From Euprymna scolopes (lineage: Eukaryota), in NCBI GenBank assembly GCA_053919585.1, contig CM132819.1: a DNA stretch of 64,000 nt; one strand, 5' to 3'. Made by a program: the position numbers and the translations under genes. The notes beneath the pieces were generated by a model, which was not told the origin of the DNA, did no database searches, and saw only the letters and a program-made list of their open reading frames with translations. Shown one piece after another: positions 1 through 13,913 of the stretch; within the stretch, counting starts at the first letter, position 1, and each line of letters opens with the position of its first letter.

Positions 1-93
1 GATTAAATATCAATTATAAAGTTAAGCATGCTTTTTTCCTGAGTGCTCATTTTAGAATGGAATGTCTGGCTTTCCTCTTCAAAGATATAAGAA

Positions 94-126
<33 letters not shown>

Positions 127-1458
127 GTGTGAAAGTATGTTTTGCATACACTTTTTATATAGAACAACCGTTTCGATGTAAATGTCCGATGAGCGCTAAG
201 ATTTAGCAACAGCACATATAGACAGTATTAATATCTTAAATTAAATGGACTAAGCGTTTATTTATTTTATTGTTCATGTTTTTACCAAATTTCAAAACTT
301 ATATAAACATTTTGACGAGCGATTATACCTATAGATGGACAACCCAAATAAATTGAACTCTAGATCTTTCAACGTTGTGCTCTTCCGAATAAAGTTTGTC
401 TTCAGAAAAAAAACTATAAGGGAAAGATGTATTCAATGTAAGTTGCTTGATTTCATGTTCTTTTGTTAGCTGCCTTATGATTTTTTTTTTCTGAAAGAAA
501 ACCTTCGACTTGTGAAGAGCACATTGTCGAAAGATCTGGAATGACATATTTCGATTGTTATTCTATAGAAAAATGCACTATAGTTTTGGATTCGGAAAAA
601 AATGAACAGTAAAATTCATAAAATCGCGATCACTGGAATTAAGCTTACTATTGTCTATATATACTACAAAGAACCTGTGCCTCATTTGATCACATATAAA
701 GAAAGATATAAATTGCTTGAATAAGGAAAACAGATCTCTTTCTTTCCCAACCGTATTTCACTATTCCCTCTCCAGTTACAAGTTAAATAATATTACTAAT
801 AAATGATATTTTATTTTATGTACATTACAATCTGTACCTGTTTTAAATTTTATAACGTTTTACTCATGAGGAAGTATGGGAGCATTTTGAGCAATAAACA
901 CCATATAAAATAAGATAGTGTAACTATTAACGACAAATAGTGATAGAGAGTGATAGAGATATTCTACGTAAGAGATAGGTTACTTAATGAATTAATTGAA
1001 AATTATAGCTAATTTAAACGATATGAATTTTTTTCAAACATAATCCCAGAAGGTAGGAGTATAGTATGCATCTTGTTTGCGTTAATAAAATTTATGTTTT
1101 GTACTAAAACAGCTGTTCAGAACAATCATAAATTTATTCAGCTTCAGTACAATATGTGGGTATGTGTGTGTTTGTATGCTTTCAGTAATAATTTTTTATC
1201 CGGCTTCTTCAGACGAAACTAATTTCACTTTCCTGAGAACGTATGAAAATCAGTTGAGGCTTTAAAATGTCATTTAATTTTGGTCATTTTAAGTCTAGAA
1301 TTAAATGTGATTTTTAGTTGTATATTCTGTCCGTTTCTCTATATCGTCGATTGGTGTCTATTCCATCTAAAGTTTAAATATAGTCAGTACTCGACAGGTG
1401 TCTGTAAAAGAGTTAAATTCATTATCGTTAAAAATATAATACTAATATAAGTATTATC

Positions 1459-1491
<33 letters not shown>

Positions 1492-2151
1492 AATATCCAG
1501 AGGGGGAGAAGAGAGAGGGAGAGCGGAGTGAGAGCAAGAGATAAAAAAAAAATAGAGAAAGATGCAAGCAAAGAATGGATAATAATCCGGAGGTTTTTTT
1601 TTTTTTGGGGGGGGGTCTTTAATTTGGGAGTTCTGTTTATTTTTTTTTATTTCGATTCTTTCATGCGTTTTTGTTCGTGAAGAGACGATTATTAAACAGG
1701 AAAGCAATGTTTGCATTGCAGCTGACATTCCTCGCAGATTTTCGGAATGCAATAACCTCATAAGTAGCGAAAGAAAGACAAAAATAGGGAAAGTACAAGC
1801 AATAGTAATAGAAAGATGGAAGATCGGGAATAATGCCATCGGTTTTAGGAAGACATTTGCATCTTCATTACGATATTTTTTCTTCCTACTTTTCTAAGAA
1901 TTAAGTTATCTTTCTATTCGCACAACATATGCCGACTCAATCAAGATTCATTCAACCCTTGTGTACATTTTAACAAAAAGCCAACATTTTCTGAATAAAC
2001 TTTAATTAAGTTTAAGTAAAGGATTATGATTTAGGACAACCAAAAACAAATTTCAAAAATTCAGAGATATATATGAGAGGGAGAGAGAAAGACAGACACA
2101 GACAAATCCATACATATAAAGAAACAGATCTATAAATATATGAGATCCCCC

Positions 2152-2201
<50 letters not shown>

Positions 2202-3497
2202 GAGAGAGAGAAACAGACAAATCCATATATGTTATGAATCCGTCGTAAACTAAAAGACAGCTTTACACACATTTACAGGAATGGTGCTAGCTATATACAC
2301 ATAACTATTTCTGTCTGTAAGAAGGTAATTTAAGAAATAAAATCTTTAAAAGAATAGAAATCACTTCTTGAGATTTCTTTCCTCCAATAAACATTTGTAA
2401 CCAAGAATTCAGAATAAAGAAAGAGAATTTAAAACAAAACAGATGTTCCTCAAACTCTAAAGGACCTGATAATTACGTTGAGTTGGACCACCAAAATCCC
2501 AACCATTTCAAATTAAAAAATAATTAAAAATATACATAAAACTGAAATTTTAATCAAATATTTTTGCCGTCTATGTGTTGGCGCTTGCTAATAAGGCAGC
2601 AGAAGCAGCCGCTCAGGACATGACAACTAACCATTTCACACTGGTCGAATTGAGAGTCTGAGAGGTACAGTCAAATCAAAGAGGAGTGGGGTTCAAACCA
2701 TTGAGAATTTTTTTATACATAAGAAGCGGTTTCGGGCAAAGGGGTCGAACATTTTTTTTTTTTTTTTTTTTAAGTAATGAACCGTAGGAGAAAGGGAGAA
2801 TGTTTAATAAAGAAAAAAATTAATGAATCTTGCAAGGCAGTGTCTGGATCTTAGGCCATTTTTTTTAATTGAAAATATAAGATTTTGAGTGACTTTCTTC
2901 CTACTATTAGGTCTTGAGAAAAACATTTTTGCATAAAGTATGGTTTTATTACTACTAATAATAAACAGTAATAACGCACCTATCAGTGCGGGAAAAGAAA
3001 ACAGCAGCGTTGCCTCGTTTTACCTAGCCTTCATTAGATGGTTTACCGTGGGGTTACCAGTCCAAAACATTGCCAAATCGCATCAGAAGTACCTCACGAC
3101 ACCAGGCTTAGTTTTCAAAATTCGTATGTCTACTTAAAGACAAAGCAGCTTTTTTCTAATCTTGGATCACATTACTCGGCGAGAAGTCGTTATTCTGCCA
3201 CAAGTACAAATAACTTCCGATTCTTTCACAATGTGCCTTACACAAGATGGAATTTCCAGGAAAAAAATTTCCAAAAATTTTTCATTTTTAAAAAATATTA
3301 CTACGGGACTGTTCCCCTGCAGGTTACAACATGGTCATTTTCAAATACCTGTAAACCGTAGTAATAAATAATTCAATTTATATCCATTACATTCATCAGT
3401 TTCAATCCTCTCATGGTATTCTTTCATTTCAGCTGACAATCCATGTACTTAGCCATTAGGAAGGCCTAAAATCACCCGATTATATGTGGTGATTTAT

Positions 3498-3569
<72 letters not shown>

Positions 3570-3625
3570 AAATGAAGTTCTCCGGCAATTGTCAGTCATT
3601 GAGATTTGGATTACTCTCAGAAGGT

Positions 3626-3700
3626 GCCGGGTGTAATCTAAGTGGTTAGAAACGCCGACTACGGTCTAGACAGTAGATCACCGGCTGGAGGCACTTGTTT
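3626..3700 (+). mobile_element. Degenerate tRNA-like SINE head
   Basis: gccgggtgtaatctaagtggttagaaacgccgactac...ccggc; the B box is decayed. Confidence 0.35.
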
Positions 3701-6700
3701 TTTAGCCACATTGAAGAGCTGTAATACAATAGAACAATGTCTGTGAATGACGTTCATAGATATAACCGGCCAACTTAAAGTGTCAAGTCAGGTTTGCAAC
3801 CAAAAGGAATCAATTGTCCTACATTTTTTGAAGCTGCTTGCTTAATGAATCTATATATCCAATCGATTTTTGCTTCAGGTAAGAATGGTAATAAAAATAA
3901 ATTAAAATTATTGAATTAACAGGACAAACACCAATATAAGAATTCTTGATGATAAATATTGCCATAATTGTAAAAAAATTGAGACAGTTTCGAATCTAGC
4001 ACAATGCTCCAATCCATGCAACTATTAAACAACATAAATTCATACTTTTCATATTTTTCCTAATAAGTTTTTTTTTTATTATATCATTGATGCGTTGCGT
4101 GACTTTGTTATTTTCCAAACATTCAGTTTGAATTATTCCACGGACTAATCTAAAGGAAATGGGGAATTGCTCAAAGAGTGATGCGAGCAGATACGATTAC
4201 GAGACAAAACACTGTCATATCAAAGAAAAAAAAAGTAAAACCTCTAAATTATTTTAATTTTCTGCTGACTTATTTATAAATATTCACTTATCTAGTTTCA
4301 TCCTCGTAGTTAAAACATTTTTTAACCAAACATAAATCGTCACCGGAGTTTAATTCATTACATAAAAGTTAATTACATAATAGCGATTTGGAGAAGTTCG
4401 GGGAAAGAAAGATTGAATAAAAAAGACTATTCAATTTAGTTTAATAGGAAGTGGGAGATTTAAGTTACAATTGTACAACAACTATGAATTGGACAAAAAA
4501 GAAATCTGTAAAAAAAAATGTGTCTTTGAAATGAATTTACGGGCTTTAAAGCCCTTAATTTAGAATTTGGAGATTTTATCTAATCGAAGGAATGAAGACA
4601 ATTTGATGTTGCGAATGATTTTGTTTTTTAATACATCGAGTCTCAGATCATGTGATGCGAAAGCATTGCTTGATTTAGCCACGTGATTAGAAATAGAAAA
4701 GCGCAACTCTGATTTCAACTTCCTCTTATTTCTCTGGTCTGACTCTCAAGATGGTAACATGTCTCCTCTCTTTTACACTTTTTCCTTTAATTCCTGAAGC
4801 AAAATAACATACGAGCAGTAGACAGCAGTTAGGTTTTTATGGCATACTATGCTTATAGGAAAACCGTACATATGAAAATCGATGTTTCACTTTGGTGATA
4901 TTATAGAAATCAGTTAATTTTATTATAGCAATGCTGCTTTCACTTGTCCACACCTACTTTGTGGGGTATGATTGGTGGGTTTCTTGGTAAATCTGTCTTT
5001 TCCAATACCCACGTATTAGGAAGATAGACTTGCATGCAGGGTGTGATGTATTACGTCTAAAATATCATAAAATATGAAATAAAGTTGACCACTGCATCAT
5101 CAAAATCTGGGACTTTGTGCATTAAAAATATTCAACTCCACATTGAGAGAAGTTTCTTTGGTTTTGGTTTCTCCTATATAAAAAGCATACAACTGTAATA
5201 AACTGTATATATATTTTCTATATGTCGCATAAAGAGTCTAAGAGTTTGGGCAAAAATATTTAGTGCCTTTTGCTTGTTTTCTGTTCTTTCTAGTTCTACA
5301 TTTAGTAATATCAACTCAAAATCTTCAAAGACATTCCATATAGTAAGTGATTATTAATAACTGTATTTATACTTATATGCTGCCATATGGAGTATTTTTT
5401 AATACGTTTTTAATAATAAATGAAAACGAAAGGACTATTCATGAGAAAACATTGCAAAATAACAAAAAAAATGTTTTGTTGAGTTTTTTTTTTTTTTTTG
5501 TTCTTTGCTATTTTTTTTAATAAACATTTGCATGGAGCACATTCACACAGGCACAGAATAATGGAAAAACAGTTCATGAAAAAGGTGATTAAATTGAAAA
5601 CTTTCTTTAGTTTAAACTTTATAAATATTCATTATTAAAACCCTCAGAAGCGAATGGAAAGAATATTTGGTAATCATTTTTTCTTTTCATTCCCTTTTAT
5701 GATTGCAGATATTTTGGTTTATTTACATTTACATCATATATATATATATATATATAATTAATATACATATGTATGTATATAGATATATATTTTACTTACA
5801 TTTTTTTAAATATTTTTTATTTGTAAAAGAAACTGAAGCATTAAAAACCCTTCCATATTTTTCTTTTTTCTTATAAATGTGAAACAACATCTGCTTATTT
5901 CAGAAAATTAAAAACAGTATTACTGTAATGGTGAAACATTGGTTATAACGCGCAGTGTAATACGTGCAAATATGTCTTTGTATTTTCGGATATTTTGTTT
6001 TATTCTATGTTGTTTTCATGCACTCATGTGTGTGAGAACATATTTCTTAGTGTCTTTTAGTGTCTTTGTGACCGTGCGAGCATGTGTGTGTATGTTTGCT
6101 GAATCAAAGAAAATGTGCCTCATTTCATAGAAATAAGGAAAATCGTTTTCATTCAAGAGACAGAAGACTCCGATAATAGTCTGCACAAGGGAAAACACTT
6201 CGAATTAAATCTCAAAAACAAATTTCGTCTCTTTAAATTTTATTTTAAAATTTCCTCAAAAGATAAAATGTATTGCTGCCGAGAGAGGTATTAACCAAAG
6301 AGGGGGAGGGGTCTTGAAGATTGTCGGGTGGGAAGAGAAAATAAAATGGAGTCTAATTGTTTAGAGGAAACCAAAGTGTGCAGAAGTATTTTAACTTGTC
6401 CAAACTAGTTTCAAACACGCCCACTGTTGTATATGTAAATCTTTTTGAAATCTATGTTAAAATTCCCCCGTTTCAACCAATTAAACGTATCCTTGTTATC
6501 AGCAAGATATTATACCCACCAATCAATAATTTCTGTGTACATTGTCTTCTATATAGTTGCTGACCAGTCGTTAGATGGATCACTAGGATATAAGAAAATA
6601 TAAACTGGTAATGTCAATGTATAAAAACCGTGTATCTATATATTTTCCATTCAAATATATTATCAAAACTTAATACGGGGTCACTATAAGTGTGACTCTA

Positions 6701-9700
6701 GAACATAATTAACACACATTTGCTGCTAATATTCAGAACTATATTGCACTTGTAATCTGCTATAAAAATGGACAACTTAGCCAATCAAGTAAATAAAATG
6801 TCTACTGCCACCATAAGCCATAACATAACTCAAAATTTAACTTTCAAATCATATTACTCCTGACTAATATACAATAAATGCATCAAATCACTTAACATTT
6901 AGCCTATTTGGTACTTAAGTTGGGCCACAATGTGTGTTGTGTTTGTTATGTTTAAACATGGAATACTGTCCCATAAATCTAAAATCAACAATAAATCACA
7001 AGTTCAGATCCGAAGAGAATTTATGGGCATTGTTTAAACCATACATTTTAATCTTATTATAGATATGAAATCAAGAGGGAATTTCCCCTATTCCTTTGAT
7101 CGAAATAGGTTTAAATTACAATGTCATGAAGTATAAATAATTACCGACAATTCAGATGCTTACTTATTCGTTTTCTCTTCAGCTTTGCATCCAATGATGT
7201 TAATAATAGTGCAGGGTAGTCCAAAGTGGTAATCATTTTTGATAAAATAGCATTTACAATTTCTTGTTACAGTCATGTTTGTAAGACCTTAAATGGTATA
7301 AGTTTCCCGATTTTGAGAGCACAGCTCAGTTTTATAATGTACTCCTTCCGAGCACCTTCGCACTATATATATTTGTACATTAAATTTTTTAATGTTGCTG
7401 TGTTATATATTCTCTTAATCTTTGTTCGAATTTTATTCTTGGGTGCAGCATAGATCATGCATTTTAGGCATCCCACAGAGAATAATCCAAAGGAGATAAA
7501 TTTGGAGAATGTGTAGTTCAAGTATGGTTCCTATGATAAACAATGAACCTGTCTTACAGGTAGTTGCGACTGGGATATCTGAGTGAAGCAGTGGAGTGAT
7601 GTAGTGTTGTTTCACTCTGCTGATAAATCACAGTATCCATGTCTATCATTACACAGAAATGATAGCAATAGTGGATGCATCTTTTTGGAAGACTGTACTA
7701 TGCCAAGAATAAGTAATTCTAAGATATTGAAGCAAACGGTTTGAATATGATAATGGTTTATGCAAGGTAGCAATAAAGAATTACAATATTATGTAGACTT
7801 TTTCCAAACACCAGAATATTGAAAGTATTAAAGAAATTACACCTGTATGCGTAATTACTACTTTATAAAGTGGTTAAATAAATGAATATCTATTTTTTCG
7901 TTTATAGAATTCTACAGATCAAAAAGTAAAATAAAAAAGAGAAAAATATTTACTTTTTTGTTATTGCCTATTGGTAGTATACCTTCACCAAAATATCATA
8001 TGTATACGTAAATAAAGAGAGAGATAGAGAGAGACGCGTGTGTGTAGAAAAATAAATGGAAGAAAAACGTCAGTACACCGATATTTTATTTCTTTTGAAT
8101 AGATTCTATCAAAACAAACAGTCCCTTCGCCTTCTTACTTCGTTTGTCATAGAAAAAGTATCAGAAGTACTATCCTTGCTCACTTTGAAAAAGTTTCTTA
8201 TTAAAAGAAACGAAATATCAGTATGGAAAGTTTTTATGTGCTTTTATTGTTTGCGTTTCGCCCATGTTTCTATACATTTTGCCATATTTTTCATTATATT
8301 ACTATATGTGTATGTATGTGTGAGTAAATACTTAATTGGGGAGAAGAAAAGAGAAAAAGAATGTACAAATGAGCAAAAATTAAGCAGTAAATGATAGTGT
8401 AAACCCTTGCCAAAATAAAATAAAGAATAAACATCTCCGAAATGTGTTTTATATAAAAACAAACGAAAATATGAAAAAAAAATTAAAAAATGTTTGCCAA
8501 ATAATTTTCAATTAAATAAATAAAATTTTCGTTTTAATAAAAAAAAAAATGAATTGGTTTTCATTTAAAATAAAAAGTTAAGTATTTATAAATTAGAATA
8601 AAAATAATCTTACCCAAAACAAAGAGAATCATTTTAAACATAACTAATTAGTACTAATGAATTTTCCTCGTTCTTTATTCATAGATTCTGAGCCTTTTGC
8701 ATATTAAACACTGTTAGTCGGTTTGACCAGCTGATAACTGAATTTGGGAGAAATTGTTTACAAGGCAGAGTTTTGATATATGACATTTCTTTCTGTACTT
8801 ACATTAACATTTACATGCTCTATAGTGTGTACAAAAATACAGCCAGACGAAAAATTAGTTCTTTAAAAGAAGTGGGTGTTTCTTTTCATTTAGAAATAAA
8901 AACAAGATTTTTAAAAGAATAAAAATAGTAAAATAATATTGCAGACTCCTAGGAAAACATATGGATTCGAAATACTCAACGTGCAAATACATACACAAAG
9001 AGAGGGCGGGGGGAACTAATTGTTTAAAACTATTAAGTCTTGAGCCAATAAAACCTAGTAAATAGACAGCTTACTGAGACAAAGAAAATATGTGCTAGAA
9101 AATAAAAATATGTTAAGAACAAGAAATTCTAAAGTCTTAAAGACAAATACGAAACCATTTATCCAGTTTTCAAAAATCTACATTACCTACAGAAATATCA
9201 ATGTTTATTTGTACCAGATCTGCTATTAAAATATTTGGCTGATGTGATTTTTATTTCAACAAAAAAGTATATTTAAGTGTACTAATTAGTTTTTTGGGTT
9301 TTTATTCCTATAGTAGTTTACATAGAATAGTACATACATTAAAATGTATTACCATTGTAGGTTTTAATTACATTAAAAGAATAAAGGTTGTCCTAATTGA
9401 AATGTATGCTCATTTGCACTAAAATTATTTACATTACTCTTAATGAATTTACATTGTATTGTATGAAGTTTCGAAGTAGATTTTAATATATATATACTAA
9501 ACTCATTTATTTATATCCGATGTAGATTTACTATTTGTATGCTTTTTATGTGTAGTATCAAATTTGTTTTTATGATTTTTATAATATAATTTATAATCCA
9601 GTCAATGTCAAAAGAGAATTAAGTATTTTTATTTTATCCACTAAGAAATAATACTATGAAAATATTTAAAAGAATATCTGACAGAATGCTTAGGTATAAT

Positions 9701-11099
9701 GTAATAAGCAAAGAAGAAAAATTAACGGCCATGCTTCCTTTCATTCAATATTTTCCTTCTGTATTTAAACTTAGCTATTCTCGGTAAACCTTCACAACTG
9801 AAACGAAATACTGTTAAAAACATTTTTTTCCTATTCTGTTTAATTTTGTTTTTGCTTATTACTACCCACTACTGATATTGACATATGCCGGATAAATGGT
9901 AAAGTACATGCGGTTAAATTTTTCTTCAAAGAAACAGGGATTGAAAACATGCATTTAAAGTGCGTTTATATTGACAATTTAGACGAATAGAAATGGGTAA
10001 AAAATATAAGGTCATTTTAAATGCAACAAGCAAGAATTGTTTAGGTTTTTATTTGGGGGTTGTGCTGTATTTTCTAAAAAAAAATCTCAAAGAATAAAAT
10101 ATCCTTTTGTTTAGAATATTCACGCTTTCACGCACACATAAGGCATGCACACTCCAAATGAAGAGAATGATTCAGTTTTATATTTTTCCTTCTTATTCCT
10201 GGACCATTAATCATCCTTTTTTTTTAGATTTAAATCTATGGATAACCAGGCACAAAGAATAACAAAAATGAAAATTTCTGGGGGTTATCTTTTTTCCTGT
10301 TTTTGTTGTAAGAACAATTATACAAATTGACTTGAAGAATCACAATGTCTCAGCTTCTTTCTTTCTCTCTTACAGACTCTTTTACCGAATTCTACACAGT
10401 TATACTACCTTATAGTTCCTTTTTCTTTTATGTATTCTAATGAAAGGAGAATATTCGTTCTTACTTTTTTTTAATGTTTATTAGCATTTAGGTAGGTTGG
10501 TGAAAGGGGCAAGGTGTGAAATTTGAGGAAAGATAATGGTTGAAAACCAGATATGACAACAGACACAGTTTAATTATATTTTTTCTTTTCTTTTGCATAG
10601 CAACACTTTTTTTTTGGGGGGGGGGTATTCTTGCTTAGTTTCATAGTGAAGTAAGCACAATAATCAGTGGTGATTTTTATGAAGGTAATAAAACCCCGCT
10701 CTAAGATAAAAATACAAAATATAACACAGAAAATATCAGTCTTTATATAAAGTTTCTTTTAAATTCCCCACTTTCTAGATATTAAACGTTTTTTGTTAAT
10801 TCGATTAATAAAAAAAAAATGAGAAAATTATTTTTGTTGTGGGGGTTATTTTCTTTCTGTTTTAATGTTTTAATGGTAGATGAATATTCCACTGATATGT
10901 CCTTACTTATTTCTGCTCTCAAGATAAAAATAAAAACAAAATAAAACAAAGAGAGCAGCGACTATGTAAAAAAATAATTAGACAACGCCAATTATTAAAG
11001 GAAACGAAATAAAGGTGTTTTAGATATATTTTCCTTACTTCTGTTAGCATTAATTTCATTTCCAGCAATTGACATGAAATCAATTAAATTTGAGAAAAA

Positions 11100-11130
<31 letters not shown>

Positions 11131-12977
11131 TGAATAGCATATCAACACATCAAAATGGAGAAACAAAACACCTGACCAATAACCAACCAATCAGATTTCA
11201 TACTCTGTTATTGTAAGAGGAGACTTATTGGATTTTCAACCAATCAGATCCTGTTCATGAAAGGAGAGATTTAAAGGATTTTCAACCAATCATAATTTGT
11301 GCAAGAAACACTACATTTTTACGAGAGCAAATTCCGATCCTCAAATAGAGGCCAGTGCAAGAAATGCACCAGTTTCTTTATACGAGTAAAAAGTGATTTT
11401 TCAAGTGAACATTTAAGATTGTGGGGGTCAATAAAAGGCATCGTCTTGCACAGTCTTCATTGTCTTCGATTGGTAACCTTCTCTGTATTTGGGTTTGTGA
11501 ACATAGTTGGGACCTGTTTTGTTTTGAAAAAAGAAAAAAAACTAAACAAAAGTGGTTTGGGAGAGAATAAATGGGTCCAATAATTTTAGACTAAGGAATG
11601 TTAACTTTTGTAAGAAAATTTACTTTTTCTTTTTGTAAAAAAAATGTAGAGTTTTTTAAAAAATTAAAGAAAGACAACAATCACATTCGCTGGTAAAGAT
11701 TTTTTTTATAAAAATGTCATTTTTTTGTTTCTTTCTTTATCCGAAAACAAAGAAATAGGGTGTATTTTTTTTAATATTTTCATCAATTGTCTGTGCGTGT
11801 TGAATGTCTTGTGTACATATACATACGTATATATTTATACACATATGTGTGTGTGTGTGTATGTGTAGAATCTTTCACTGGTTGGTAATTGTTTGGAAAG
11901 GTGCAGGAAACTATAACTGTAGCTTGATTGTTTTGTTGTTTTTTTTCTTGTATAATAATAATAATAATAATTAATAATAATAATAATATAATCCAACAAT
12001 TGATTTTTTTTTATTTCTTCAAAAAGCTCAATATTTTTGAAGAGTTCTTGTTTTTTTGTTTTTCATTTTCAATTTTTATAATTTTTTTGGTAAATTTTTC
12101 CGTTCATTTATATATATATATACATATATATATACATATATATATATATATCACAATAAATAATCTTTATATACAGCCAAAGTTAATGTTCATGGGATAT
12201 CCATTTCTTTTGGGTATTTGTTTGCAGTCGTTCAAATACTGAATTTTTTAGAATTCAGTTTTTTTTTATCTCTGTTTCCCTTTGTTTTATTGTTTGTTTC
12301 CTTGAATATGTGCAATGCTATGTTTTTGTGTCTTTGTAATCGATTATTTGGTCCATTTTACCAGGGGAGGCAGAGATAGCAAGATTTCTTTTCTCTTCCC
12401 TCATTGCCCACACCCGGAGTATCTCGCCACCACGTATTTCACCATCTTTTTTTTCTTTTAGCTAATTAAAAAAAAAAAAATTCAAATGATTGAGAAAAAA
12501 AATTCTTATAAACTGACCTTCGACCAAATATACAGTAGCAAAACTGTAATTCTCTCACTTAGAAATCAACAGATGTTCATTGTGTGGGTTGTCTTTTGGG
12601 TACTCTATCTTTCAAAAAGAAACAGTTCAAAATCACATCCATGATTCATTTCGTTTTGTGTTGTTTCAGTGTTGGAGGTCGAAACTCTTCCATTTGGTTT
12701 TCAAATCACCAAGCTTTGTTTTGGGCTTAGTACGAAAAAGAACCAGGCAAAAATAATCACTTTTGTAACAATGCTTTACCAAATTTGCACTTGCAATCAT
12801 TAGATGACGATTTTAAAGCTGCGTTGAGTGTATTTTATATTTTTAATATGAAATATTGGGTTCAATCACGATCAATGTTTATTTTTACATCGTGAAAACT
12901 TTGAGATATTCATCCTAATATTGGATTTTGTTAATATATAAAAAGCTATTTTACCAAGTAATTCTTTATTTTAAACA

Positions 12978-12983
<6 letters not shown>

Positions 12984-13059
<76 letters not shown>
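12984..13059. repeat. (TA)n microsatellite; similar tracts near 95, 2160, 3510, 23510, 25170, 28970, 33255, 42982, 46320 and 60670
   Basis: Seen directly in the sequence. Confidence 0.98.
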
Positions 13060-13060
<1 letters not shown>

Positions 13061-13642
13061 TGCAGCTGATAGATTTTCATGCTAGCCACTGTTAGTTTGA
13101 ATCACAGCATGCCGATTTGAAAATATTATGGTAGAGCGGTGTTGAACAAAAGGCTGCCATTTACATACTGTGCCTTTTTGCCTGGTTCTGACTCAAATAT
13201 TTCCGTTCCATTTTTCATCATCACATCTGTTTCCTTCCAGGTGTCCTACATGTTATCAAGGTTTGCTTATTCAAGGTGTATATGTGTATGGATAGATGCA
13301 TGCGTGTATATGTGTGTGTGAATGGGTGGTGGGTAAAGGGTGAGTGAGAGTGTGTGGGGTGGAGATTATGTTAATGGGTAATATCAATAATAACTTTGTT
13401 TTCTTTTTACCAAATTCATTCTTTTTTCTTTAAAAAATATGTTTCTAGGTTTTTCTTTTTCTTTCACTTAATTAAAAAGAGGTGTCTTTTATATTTCGCC
13501 CCCCAAAAACGATTCTTTCCGCTTACCCCTTCCCCCACTTTTTCACCTGCCCACCCAACCCAAACATGTTTTTATATTCATTCTGAATTCAAAATTACTT
13601 CATTAATATTTTTTCCGGTTCGTCTTCTCCTCCCATTAACAG

Positions 13643-13913
13643 CTATACGAGAAACCCTTCTGACATTTGAGCCCCGTAGATCTGAGCACGGAGCATCTGT
13701 ACACTGTTCATGATTTTCTTCTGGTGACCCACTAGATTGATATTAAGGTCCATAAGATCTTTCATTGTGATCCGGGCTACCTGGTCCATACTCATGTAGC
13801 CGGCATTCATGAAATTCTCGATATATCGTTCCATCTTTATTGACATAAGCCATTCTTCAATACTAGTGAAGCTGGTCAGGTCAGGAGCATTCGGGTCGAT
13901 GAAATTGTGGGGT
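13643..13913 (-). CDS. Eph: Eph terminal coding exon: SAM domain and PDZ-binding motif ([22 protein letters not shown]...SEGFLV*)
   Basis: Acceptor ttttccag, phase 2 matching the previous exon. SAM signature WLxSIKMxRYxxNF...[11 protein letters not shown] at 13643-13645. Confidence 0.96.

Noticed and set aside
7440-7710. Possible ancient mariner fragment
   Set aside because: Only vague resemblance to the WVP and VTGDE motifs, with many stops; not supportable by eye.
3-12242. Short ORFs in the first 12 kb, and other YIYI/THTH/FFF ORFs
   Set aside because: They are translations of microsatellites and homopolymers, with no domain similarity or consistent splice structure.
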